Shown here one piece after another: positions 1 through 7,784 of a stretch of DNA of 32,302 nt. Under the pieces are notes generated by a model. That model was not told where the DNA came from, ran no database searches, and was given only the letters and a program-made list of their open reading frames with translations. Source of the DNA: Comamonadaceae bacterium (GTDB lineage: Bacteria > Pseudomonadota > Gammaproteobacteria > Burkholderiales > Burkholderiaceae_C). Both the position numbers and the translations under genes were made by a program. Each line of letters begins with the position of its first letter. Position 1 is the first letter of the stretch. The stretch is taken from positions 1 to 32,302 of the forward strand of contig CANFZJ010000001.1 in the NCBI GenBank assembly GCA_947451445.1. The letters run 5' to 3'.

Positions 1-1394
1 CGCAGCAGGTCCAGCCGGGTGGCGTCGCCGTAGAACACGCGAAAGCCGAACTGGCGGATCGTCTCCACCATCTCGGCGTCGTGGTCCAGCACGGTGGCGC
101 CCAGGCCCTGGGCCAGCAGCAGGCGGCCCACGATCTGCCCGTAGCGGCCAAACCCGGCGATGATGATGGGCGCCTCCTGCTGCTCGGCCAGCTCGTCCAG
201 CTGCGGGCCGCTGCAGTGGGCGTAGCGGGGCAGCAGCAGTTTGTCCACTGCCAGCAGCAACAGCGGGCTGAGCAGCATCGACACGGCCACCGCGCCGATC
301 AGCAGCGAGGCGGTTTGCGTGTCAAACACCTGGGCCGCCGCCGCCGTCTGGAACACCACGAACGCAAACTCACCGCCCTGCGCCAGCAGCACGCAGAACA
401 CCGGCCGCTCCTGGAACGGCACGTCCATGCACCGGGCGATGGCGTAGATCAGCGCCAGCTTGGCCAGCAAAAAGCCCAGCACGATGGCGGCCATCAACCC
501 CGGAGCCCGCGCCAGCACGCCAAAGTCCACGCCCATGCCCACGGCGATGAAGAACAGCCCCAGCAGCAGGCCCTTGAACGGCGCGATGTCGGTCTCCAGC
601 TCGCGCCGGTACTCGCTTTCGGCCAGCAGCACCCCGGCCAAAAAGGCCCCCAGCGCCATCGACAAGCCCACCGACAGCATCAGCGACGCAATGCCCACCA
701 CCAGCAGCAGCGAGGCGGCGGTGAAGATCTCGGGCGTCTTGCTGCGCGCAATCCAGCGGAACAGCGGACGCAGCAGCAGCCGCCCCCCCAGCACAATGCC
801 CGCGATGACTGCTATGGTTTTAAGAGCTGCTAGCGCAGGTGATGTATGCGCTAGAGCATTATTTTCTTCAGAAACTATGCCCAGCAGCGGCAGCAGCGCC
901 AGGATGGGGATGGCTGCCACGTCCTGGAACAGCAGGATGGAAAACCCGGCCTGCCCGCTGCGCGTGGGCAGCAGGTTGCGTTCGTCCATCACCTGCATGG
1001 CAATCGCGGTGCTGGACAAGGCCAGCCCCAGTGCCGCTGCCAGCGCCACCCGCCAGGGCACGCCCGCCGCCATGCCACCCAGCAGAAGCACCGCCGCGCA
1101 GCCCAGCACCTGGGCCGCGCCCCAGCCAAAGATGGGGCGGCGCAGGCTCCACAGGCGCTGGGGTTCCAGCTCCAGGCCAATCAAAAACAGCATCAGCACT
1201 ACGCCGAATTCGGCAAAGTGCAGGATGTCTTGCACCTCGGTCACCAGCCCCAGGCCCCACGGGCCGATGGCAATGCCCGCCGCCAGGTAGCCGATGATGG
1301 AGCCCAGGCCCAGCGCCTTGCTCAGGGGCACCGCGATGACGGCGGCGCTCAGGTAAATAAAGCTGTTAATCAGCCAGGAGGGTGCGTGTTCCAT
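1..1394 (-). CDS. kefC: Glutathione-regulated K+ efflux antiporter KefC/KefB (CPA2 family); 3' end runs off the window
   Basis: Not in the ORF track because it has no stop in the window. Manual translation from ATG 1394 gives MEHAPSWLINSFIYLSAAVIAVPLSKALGLGSIIGYLA, then FQDVAAIP, the KTN Rossmann motif GFGRYGQ and FGFRVFYGDATRLDLL. Lies directly downstream of kefF. Confidence 0.93.
   Translation of the reverse strand, partial: MEHAPSWLINSFIYLSAAVIAVPLSKALGLGSIIGYLAAGIAIGPWGLGLVTEVQDILHFAEFGVVLMLFLIGLELEPQRLWSLRRPIFGWGAAQVLGCAAVLLLGGMAAGVPWRVALAAALGLALSSTAIAMQVMDERNLLPTRSGQAGFSILLFQDVAAIPILALLPLLGIVSEENNALAHTSPALAALKTIAVIAGIVLGGRLLLRPLFRWIARSKTPEIFTAASLLLVVGIASLMLSVGLSMALGAFLAGVLLAESEYRRELETDIAPFKGLLLGLFFIAVGMGVDFGVLARAPGLMAAIVLGFLLAKLALIYAIARCMDVPFQERPVFCVLLAQGGEFAFVVFQTAAAAQVFDTQTASLLIGAVAVSMLLSPLLLLAVDKLLLPRYAHCSGPQLDELAEQQEAPIIIAGFGRYGQIVGRLLLAQGLGATVLDHDAEMVETIRQFGFRVFYGDATRLDLL
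810..873 (+). repeat. Double-hairpin REP-like repeat, copy 1 (inside kefC CDS, in frame)
   Basis: TGCTATggttttaAGAGC-tg-CTAGCGCA-N9-TGCGCTAG-agcattatttt. Same architecture as the copies at ~3.4, 17.0, 23.4 and 28.2 kb. AT-rich patch in a GC-rich gene. Confidence 0.8.
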
Positions 1395-1401
1395 GGGGGC
1401 T

Positions 1402-2028
1402 TCAGGTCGTTAGCCATTGGGGGTAGGTTTGCAGCCGCTGGCGGAACAGGTCTATGTGCGCCAGCACCTCGTCTTTGCCCGCGCTGTGCGCGCCGTGCAG
1501 CACCAGCGGCGGCACAAAGCGCATGCCGCACAGTGCAGCGGTTTGTGCATATGGCGGCAAAAACGCCTCGAACGGGTAGCGGTTGTAGCTGTCCTGCTGG
1601 TACGACTCCTGCGGCCCGGCGGTGGTCAGCACCAGCCACAGCGCCTTGCCGCGCAGGGCGGTACCGGGCGCGCCGGTGGGTGCGGCTTCGTCGGTTTGTG
1701 CCGACACCGCACCAAATGCCCAGCCGTAGGTCAGCACCTCGTCCAGCCACAGCTTTTGCAGGGCGGGCATCGAATACCACTGCACCGGGTGCAGCAGCAC
1801 CAGCACGTCTGCCGCCTCCATGCGCGCCTGCTCTGCGGCCACGTCGATGTGGTAGTCGGGGTAGTTGGCGTACAGGTCCTGGATGTCGATGTGCGGGCCA
1901 TCGCCGCCAGAGGGCAGGGCGCGTGCGGCGTCCAGCAGGCGGCGGTTGACGCGGGATGCACGCCAGTCCGGGTGCGCGGCCAGCAGGTAAATGCGGGGCG
2001 GGGTGGGTTTAGGGGGTGTGTCGGGCAT
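1402..2028 (-). CDS. kefF: NAD(P)H oxidoreductase, flavodoxin-like KefF/KefG ancillary subunit
   Basis: AHP..SRVN, DLYANYPDY.IDVAAEQ and HPVQWYSMPALQKLWLDEV motifs; 7 bp upstream of kefC. Confidence 0.9.
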   Translation of the reverse strand: MPDTPPKPTPPRIYLLAAHPDWRASRVNRRLLDAARALPSGGDGPHIDIQDLYANYPDYHIDVAAEQARMEAADVLVLLHPVQWYSMPALQKLWLDEVLTYGWAFGAVSAQTDEAAPTGAPGTALRGKALWLVLTTAGPQESYQQDSYNRYPFEAFLPPYAQTAALCGMRFVPPLVLHGAHSAGKDEVLAHIDLFRQRLQTYPQWLTT

Positions 2029-2079
2029 GTCGGTAACATAGCAAAGTTCTAGCCCGCTTCCATTTTTCAGGAGTTACCC

Positions 2080-2706
2080 ATGCCCATCGTCGTCGTAGCC
2101 AGCCCCAAAGGTGGCGTCGGAAAGTCCACCGTGGCCACCCAAATCGCGGGCTACTACGCTGCCCTTGGCCACAGCGTGCTGCTGGGCGACGCGGACCCGC
2201 AGCAGTCGTCGCGCCTGTGGCTCAGCCTGCGCCCGGACACGGCGGCACCCATCACCCCCTGGGAGGTGGACCCGGACGCAGTAGGCAAGCCACCCCGGCA
2301 AGGCAAGGGCGAGCAGTACGTGGTGCTGGACACCCCTGGCGGCCTGGACGGCCAGCGCTTCAAAGAGGTGATGAAGCTGGCCGACAAAATCGTCGTGCCG
2401 CTGCAGCCCAGCGTGTTCGACATCTTCGCCACCCGTAAATTCTTGGACCGCCTGGCCGTACACCGCCGCATCGACAAGATGCAGGTCGGCCTGGTGGGCA
2501 TGCGGGTGGACGAACGCACCGTCTCTGCCGACCGCCTGCGCGAATACCTGGATGGGCTGGAGGTGCCGGTGCTGACCAACCTGCGCGACACGCAAAACTA
2601 CGTCTACCTGGCGGCCGGCGGACTGAGCCTGTTCGACGTGGCACCCAGCCGGGTGGAGAAGGACCTGGAGCAGTGGCAGCCGCTGGGGGCTTGGCTGGAC
2701 GCGTGA
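2080..2706 (+). CDS. Stand-alone ParA/MinD-family ATPase
   Basis: Deviant Walker A SPKGGVGKST, DADPQ and LDTPG motifs; RBS AGGAG; no parB nearby. Confidence 0.88.
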   Translation: MPIVVVASPKGGVGKSTVATQIAGYYAALGHSVLLGDADPQQSSRLWLSLRPDTAAPITPWEVDPDAVGKPPRQGKGEQYVVLDTPGGLDGQRFKEVMKLADKIVVPLQPSVFDIFATRKFLDRLAVHRRIDKMQVGLVGMRVDERTVSADRLREYLDGLEVPVLTNLRDTQNYVYLAAGGLSLFDVAPSRVEKDLEQWQPLGAWLDA

Positions 2707-2728
2707 GGCCATCGGCTCGCCTAGCAGC

Positions 2729-2840
2729 CTAGCAGCCTGTCGGACTTTCGGCATCGAAGCGAAATTCGGCCTCAGCGAAGACGGCAAAAAATGGACCGCT
2801 GCGGTCGGATTGCAGCCGATGTACCGAAAGTCCGACAGGC
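2729..2840. mobile_element. MITE copy A (internally deleted by ~50 bp, right TIR truncated)
   Basis: CTAG-CAGCCTGTCGGACTTTCGG ... CCGAAAGTCCGACAGGC, near-identical to 23448-23615. Preceded by a tandem CTAGCAGC duplication (2721-2736). Confidence 0.8.
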
Positions 2841-2874
2841 ATGCATCCATTGCGGCTTGCCGTTCACCCAGCGT

Positions 2875-2914
2875 AAAAACCCCTGCAAAGCCTTGCGGCC
2901 TTGCAGGGGTTTTT
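2875..2914. terminator. Bidirectional intrinsic terminator
   Basis: AAAAACCCCTGCAA-loop-TTGCAGGGGTTTTT, just past the BON gene stop. Confidence 0.85.
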
Positions 2915-2932
2915 GTTCAACGGACTGGAAAA

Positions 2933-3241
2933 TCAGTCGTTGGTGTCGGTGGAGAAGGTGCGCACGGTGCTGTACGCATTGGCCACGCCCGACACCTTGC
3001 TGGCGACGAAGCGGGCTTTGGCTTCTTCTTGCGGGCCTTGTGCCCAGCCGTGCAGGGTGATCGAACCGTTGTGGGCCGTGACCGTCAGGTCCTTGGCGTC
3101 GCTGCCCAGGGTGGTGTTCAGGGCGGACTGCACCGAACCGGCCAGATCGGCGTCGTTGGTAGCAGCGTGGGCGGGCAAGAAGGCACCGGCGGACAGGGCG
3201 AGCAGTGCGGTAGCGGCGATGCGGGTGATGGAGCGTGTCAT
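2933..3241 (-). CDS. Secreted single BON-domain protein (OsmY-like), copy 1
   Basis: True start MTRSITRIAA (RBS AAAGGA). Signal peptide ending AHA, then DADLAGSVQSAL...LTVTAHNGSITLHG...ASKVSGV; 102 aa. Confidence 0.85.
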   Translation of the reverse strand: MTRSITRIAATALLALSAGAFLPAHAATNDADLAGSVQSALNTTLGSDAKDLTVTAHNGSITLHGWAQGPQEEAKARFVASKVSGVANAYSTVRTFSTDTND

Positions 3242-3385
3242 GGGGAGTCCTTTGGGGTGGTTACACCAACATTGGTGCAATTGTTTGGGTGAGGTGATCT
3301 TCCCAAGCCCCGGCCTCCCCCGTGTTGCACGCCCCGTGCGTCCATGTTGCAGATGCAATACGGACTGCAACTCCGGTGGTTTTGT

Positions 3386-3450
3386 TTTTTAAGCCAAATA
3401 GGCCGCTAGCGCATATTCCACCTGCGCTAGTAGCTATTAATTAAATAGCA
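3386..3450 (-). repeat. Double-hairpin REP-like repeat, copy 2
   Basis: CTAGCGCA-tattccacc-TGCGCTAG followed by GCTAT-taattaa-ATAGC; abuts the stop of the sigma-54 activator. Confidence 0.85.
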
Positions 3451-5244
3451 TCAAACCAGCTGGTGTTTTTTGGCCCGGTAGGCCAGCTTGGCGCGACTCG
3501 TGTTCAGCAGCCGGGCGGCCTGCGACAGGTTGCCACGGGACGCCGCAATGGCCTGGCGCAGCATGTCACGCTCGGTGGTCTCCAGTGACGGGGTTGCCAC
3601 GCTGGGGACGGGCGCGGCGGCGCTGGCCATGCTGGAACTGGCCAGGTTCAGCGTGCCAGAGTCGGTTTGCAAGTGCAGCGTCATGACATCTTTGCGCAAG
3701 GTTTCGCCGCTGGTGAACAGGTGGTGCACGTCGATCAAGCCATCGGCATCGGCCATGATGACGGCGCGCTCGATCAGGTTTTGCAGCTCGCGGATATTGC
3801 CCGGAAAGTCGTAGTTCAGCAGGGCGCGCACGGCTGTCTGCGCAAAGCCCCGGATGTCGCAGCCGTGCTTGCGCCGGTAGTGGTTCAAAAAGTGGTTCAT
3901 CAGCAGCGGAATGTCATCGCGCCGCTCGCGCAGGGGCGGCAAGTGGATGGGGAACACGTTGAGCCGAAAGAACAGGTCTTCGCGAAATGTCCCGTTGCGC
4001 ACGGCCTGGCGCAGGGCCTCGTTGGTTGCCGCCACCAGCCGCACATCGACCGAAATACTGCGCGTGCCGCCCACGCGCTCCACTTCACCCTCTTGCAACG
4101 CCCGCAGCAGCTTGCCTTGGGCGACAAAACTAAGCGTGCCGATTTCGTCCAGAAACAAGGTGCCCCCGCTGGCCCGTTCAAAGCGGCCAGGGCGCGACTG
4201 GCTGGCCCCGGTATAGGCCCCGCGCTCTACGCCAAACAGCTCGGATTCGATCAGCGTTTCAGGGATGGCCGCACAGTTGACGGCAATGAACGGCTGGTCC
4301 TTGCGCGGGCTGATTTTGTGCAGCATGCTGGCAAACTTTTCTTTGCCCACGCCCGACTCGCCGGTAAACAGCACGGTCGCCGTGGTGCGCGCCACCCGGC
4401 TGAGTTGGTGGCATGCGGCGTTGAATGCCGACGACGCGCCCACCATTGCATCGCTGGCCGTGGCGTCGGTGGCGGGCAAGTCGGCGGGCGCGGGACGGTC
4501 GTAGGCGGCCGTATCGACAAATTCGTGGACGTTGAGATAGCGCATGTCTTCCGTTATGTCGTCCCACTGGTGGGCCGACTTGCCCTGCACCCGGCAATGC
4601 GCGTCGCCCATGGAGCGGCACTCGACTTCACGGAACACCACTAGGCTGCCAAACAAGCTGCTGACGTAGCCCGTGGCATAGCCCACCTGCATCCAGCAGG
4701 CGGGCGAACCACCAATGCCGTAGGCGGCGATGTGCTCGTCGTCCTCGCTGGCGTTGTGCCAGATGAACTCGCCCTCGTAGCTGCCGGTGCTGGCGTCGTA
4801 GGCCGCATGCACCAGCTCTACCTTCACCATGCCTTCCAGCGCGTGCAGCCGGGTGCCGGCAATGGCGGCAGCCAGGGGGTCGGCGTCGGGCCACTGTTTA
4901 CGCACCAGCTGGGCGTCGCGCGCGCCACTGACGTAACCGGCCCGGGTGAACAGGCCACGGGCCTGCTTCAACCCCAGGCTGTCCACCATCTCGCGCCGCA
5001 GCGAGCCCAGGGCTTCGGTGTGCAACAGCACCATGCGCTGGTCTTGCAGCCAGATGCGGCCATCGCCGGGCGAGAAAAACAGACATTCGCCGATGTCGGC
5101 AATGTTGGGGTGGGCGTCATCGCCAATGTGCGTACCGGCAAAGCCGCCCAAGGCCTTGTTGACGGAGCTGCTGTCGAAGTTGCTCAACACCGTACCCGTG
5201 GCGCGGGCCACGTCGGCCAAGGAAATACGGGAGGTTTTTTTCAT
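3451..5244 (-). CDS. Sigma-54-dependent activator, XylR/DmpR/AreR family (XylR_N + V4R + AAA+ + Fis HTH)
   Basis: [39 protein letters not shown] (V4R), [23 protein letters not shown] and a C-terminal HTH. Confidence 0.95.
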   Translation of the reverse strand: MKKTSRISLADVARATGTVLSNFDSSSVNKALGGFAGTHIGDDAHPNIADIGECLFFSPGDGRIWLQDQRMVLLHTEALGSLRREMVDSLGLKQARGLFTRAGYVSGARDAQLVRKQWPDADPLAAAIAGTRLHALEGMVKVELVHAAYDASTGSYEGEFIWHNASEDDEHIAAYGIGGSPACWMQVGYATGYVSSLFGSLVVFREVECRSMGDAHCRVQGKSAHQWDDITEDMRYLNVHEFVDTAAYDRPAPADLPATDATASDAMVGASSAFNAACHQLSRVARTTATVLFTGESGVGKEKFASMLHKISPRKDQPFIAVNCAAIPETLIESELFGVERGAYTGASQSRPGRFERASGGTLFLDEIGTLSFVAQGKLLRALQEGEVERVGGTRSISVDVRLVAATNEALRQAVRNGTFREDLFFRLNVFPIHLPPLRERRDDIPLLMNHFLNHYRRKHGCDIRGFAQTAVRALLNYDFPGNIRELQNLIERAVIMADADGLIDVHHLFTSGETLRKDVMTLHLQTDSGTLNLASSSMASAAAPVPSVATPSLETTERDMLRQAIAASRGNLSQAARLLNTSRAKLAYRAKKHQLV

Positions 5245-5291
5245 TGCATCAAATGGTTAATTTAAGTTACCAAATATAACCATATGATTAA
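5245..5291. promoter_or_regulatory. Candidate paired upstream activating sequences for the XylR-type activator
   Basis: TGCATCAAATGGTTAA (5245-5260) and ATAACCATATGATTAA (5276-5291) resemble the TTGATCAA-type UAS of the XylR/DmpR family, 120-165 bp upstream of the -24/-12 box. Confidence 0.5.
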
Positions 5292-5312
5292 AAAACAGAC
5301 CCGGGATTTCCC

Positions 5313-5331
5313 TTTGTTGCAGCGCAACAAA
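5313..5331. promoter_or_regulatory. Inverted repeat TTTGTTGC-AGC-GCAACAAA (TGC-N3-GCA, PhaR-like site)
   Basis: Perfect 8-bp arms are seen directly; the regulator assignment is an inference. Confidence 0.4.
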
Positions 5332-5408
5332 CACGCCTAGGGTATCTCCTTAGCTGCCCAATGAAAACACCCGTCTGGCCGGGTGTTCTGCGCGCTTGTC
5401 CGGTCGGG

Positions 5409-5425
5409 CTGGTCCATGCATTGCG
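5409..5425 (+). promoter_or_regulatory. Sigma-54 (-24/-12) promoter
   Basis: CTGGTCCATGCATTGCG with exact GG-N10-GC spacing and TTGC; divergent from a sigma-54 activator. Confidence 0.7.
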
Positions 5426-5511
5426 ATACAGAGCCGTAGTGCAAAGAAATGTACCAACCCGATAAACAACTTAGGACTTGCGCAAGTCCTGCAACTGAAA
5501 GGATGTGTGCC

Positions 5512-6969
5512 ATGGGCGCAGCAGATACGACGAGCGGATTTTTTAACTTTGCGGGCCTCAAGCAAGCCGCGTTGGGCGGCGGCCTGCGCGACGTGGTGGA
5601 GCCCGCCACAGGCCAGGTTTTGTGCAGCGTAGGCATTGCCAGCGCCGCCGACATGAACACCGCATGCGAAGCCTCGGCCGCCGCACAAAAGAGCTGGGCC
5701 GCCGTGCCGCCGCGTGAAAAAGCCGCCATTTTGCGCCGTGCAGGCGCATTGTTCGAGCAGCATTTTGACGAACTGGCCCTGTATGTTGCCCGCGAAACCG
5801 GCGGCATCCTGGGCAAAGGCCAGCATGAAATCCGCGAAGCCGCCCTGATTTGCCAACTGGCCGCCAGCCTGCCCTTGCAGTCACAAGGCCATGTACTGCC
5901 CAGCACGCCAGGCCGTACCAGCTTTGCCCGCCGCGTGCCGCATGGCGTGGTGGGGGTGATCTCGCCCTTCAATTTCCCCATGATCCTGACTCTGCGGGCC
6001 GTAGCCCCGGCACTGGCTGCGGGCAACGGGGTGGTCATCAAACCGGACACCCGCACCCCCGTGTCCGGCGGGTTGATGATCGCCCGCATCTTTGCCGAGG
6101 CCGGTTTGCCCGCAGGCCTGTTGCACGTCTTGCCCGGCGACGCCGAAGCCGGTGAAGCCCTGGTCGTGCATTCCAAAGTGCCCATGATTGCCTTCACCGG
6201 CTCCCCCGCCGTGGGCCGCCGCATTGGCGAGCTGGCCGGTCGCCATTTGAAAAAGGTGTCGCTAGAGCTGGGTGGCACCAATTCGCTGATCATTCTGGAC
6301 GACGCCGATCTGGACGTGGCCGCCAGCAACGCCGCCTGGGGTGCCTACTTCCACCAAGGCCAGATCTGCATGGCCGCCAACCGCATCCTGGTGCACACCA
6401 GCATGGTGGCAGAGTTCACCAAACGCCTGGTCGCCAAGGCCGTCCACCTGCCCATGGGCAACGGTGCCAGCGGCCAGGTGGCCCTGGGCCCGCTGATCGA
6501 CGCCAAGCAACGCGACCGCGTCCACGCCCTGGTGCAAGACAGCATCCAAGGCGGAGCCAAGCTGGAGGCAGGAGGCAGCTACGACGGCCTGTTCTACAAG
6601 CCCACGGTGCTGAGTGGCGTTGAGCCCGGCATGCGGGTGTTTGACGAGGAAACCTTTGGCCCCGTCGCCAACATCATCAGCTACCAAACCGACGACGAGG
6701 CCATCGCCCTGGCCAACAACAACGTGGGCAGCCTGTCCTCGGCGGTGATCTCCAAGTCGGTCGGCCGTGCGATGGCTGTGGGCCAACAGCTCAAGTCCGG
6801 CATGGTCCACATCAACGACCAGACGGTTAACGACGACTGCGTCAACCCCTTCGGCGGCCCCGGCATTGCGGGCAATGGCACCAGCGTGGGCGGCCCGGCT
6901 GATTTGGAGGAATACACCATGTGGCAGTGGGTCACGGTCAAAAACGAAGCCCCTACCTATCCGTTTTAA
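5512..6969 (+). CDS. NAD+-dependent aromatic aldehyde (benzaldehyde-type, XylC/AreC-like) dehydrogenase
   Basis: ISPFNFP, FTGS, LELGG, FHQGQICMA (catalytic Cys), EETFGP, PFGG and NGTSVGG. Start at ATG 5512 after AAAGGA; 485 aa. Confidence 0.92.
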   Translation: MGAADTTSGFFNFAGLKQAALGGGLRDVVEPATGQVLCSVGIASAADMNTACEASAAAQKSWAAVPPREKAAILRRAGALFEQHFDELALYVARETGGILGKGQHEIREAALICQLAASLPLQSQGHVLPSTPGRTSFARRVPHGVVGVISPFNFPMILTLRAVAPALAAGNGVVIKPDTRTPVSGGLMIARIFAEAGLPAGLLHVLPGDAEAGEALVVHSKVPMIAFTGSPAVGRRIGELAGRHLKKVSLELGGTNSLIILDDADLDVAASNAAWGAYFHQGQICMAANRILVHTSMVAEFTKRLVAKAVHLPMGNGASGQVALGPLIDAKQRDRVHALVQDSIQGGAKLEAGGSYDGLFYKPTVLSGVEPGMRVFDEETFGPVANIISYQTDDEAIALANNNVGSLSSAVISKSVGRAMAVGQQLKSGMVHINDQTVNDDCVNPFGGPGIAGNGTSVGGPADLEEYTMWQWVTVKNEAPTYPF

Positions 6970-6986
6970 GTTTGAAGGAGAACACC

Positions 6987-7754
6987 ATGAGTTTGCAAGG
7001 AAAAACCATCGTCATCACCGGCGCGTCGTCCGGCATCGGAGCCGAAGTCACCCGCCTGGCCCGCTTCCACGGTGCCAAGGTCATCGGCATGGACCGCAAC
7101 GACCCCAGCCTGACGCTGGACGGCTTCGTCAAGGCCGACCTGGGCAGCGTTGCCACTATCGACGCCGCCGTGGCCCAGCTGCCTGCGCAGATTGATGCGT
7201 TCTGCAACATCGCTGGTGTGCCCGGCACCGCCGACGGCGACCTGGTAGCCCGCGTCAACTACCTGGGCCTGCGGCATTTGACCGAAGCCGTGCTGCCCCG
7301 CATGCCGCGCGGCGGCAGCATCGTCAACGTGGCCTCGGTCCTGGGCGCGGAATGGCCGCTGCGGCTGGACCTGCACAAAGAGCTGGCTGCCGTCAAAGGC
7401 TTTGAAGCCGGTGCGCACTGGCTGCGCGACCACCCCGTGCCGCACGCCACCTGCTACCAGTACTTCAAAGAGGCGCTGATCGTCTGGAACGCAGTGCAGT
7501 CGCAGGAATGGTTCTTGGGCAAAGGCGTGCGCATGAACTGCGTGGCCCCCGGCCCGGTATTCACCCCCATCCTGGGCGACTTCGTGGCCATGCTGGGCGA
7601 AAAGCGCATCCAGGAAGACGCCCACCGCATGCTGCGCCCGGCCTTTGCGGACGAGGTTGCGGCGGTCATCACCTGGCTCTGCAGCGATGGTGCGCGCTGG
7701 GTCAGCGGCGTGAATATTCCCGTAGACGGCGGCTTGGCTTCGACCTACCTGTAA
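6987..7754 (+). CDS. calA: Coniferyl alcohol dehydrogenase (SDR)
   Basis: 255 aa from ATG 6987 (RBS GAAGGAG). TGASSGIG, CNIAGVPGTAD, CYQYFKEALIVW, APGPVFTPIL and VDGGLASTY closely match Pseudomonas CalA as recalled. Confidence 0.85.
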   Translation: MSLQGKTIVITGASSGIGAEVTRLARFHGAKVIGMDRNDPSLTLDGFVKADLGSVATIDAAVAQLPAQIDAFCNIAGVPGTADGDLVARVNYLGLRHLTEAVLPRMPRGGSIVNVASVLGAEWPLRLDLHKELAAVKGFEAGAHWLRDHPVPHATCYQYFKEALIVWNAVQSQEWFLGKGVRMNCVAPGPVFTPILGDFVAMLGEKRIQEDAHRMLRPAFADEVAAVITWLCSDGARWVSGVNIPVDGGLASTYL

Positions 7755-7784
7755 GACAAAAAATTACCACCCGAGGAGACGTAG

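Larger units (their letters stand above)
2872..3371. repeat. ~500-bp direct repeat, left copy (terminator + BON gene + upstream region)
   Basis: Base-by-base near-identical to 22894-23395. Confidence 0.95.

Noticed and set aside
81-1949. Several long + strand ORFs over kefC/kefF
   Set aside because: Antisense shadows of real minus-strand genes in GC-rich DNA; no motifs.
2080-2706. parA as evidence of a plasmid or ICE
   Set aside because: No parB, rep or conjugation genes; short orphan ParA proteins are common on chromosomes, and this one lies outside the repeat-bounded block.
2729-2840. MITE or palindromic repeats as CRISPR array or integron attC sites
   Set aside because: Copies are dispersed, there is no regular repeat-spacer periodicity, and no cas or intI genes are present.
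3242-3370. N-terminal extensions of the BON ORFs (145/137 aa)
   Set aside because: The two copies differ by a frameshift upstream; the RBS and signal peptide define the start at MTRSI.
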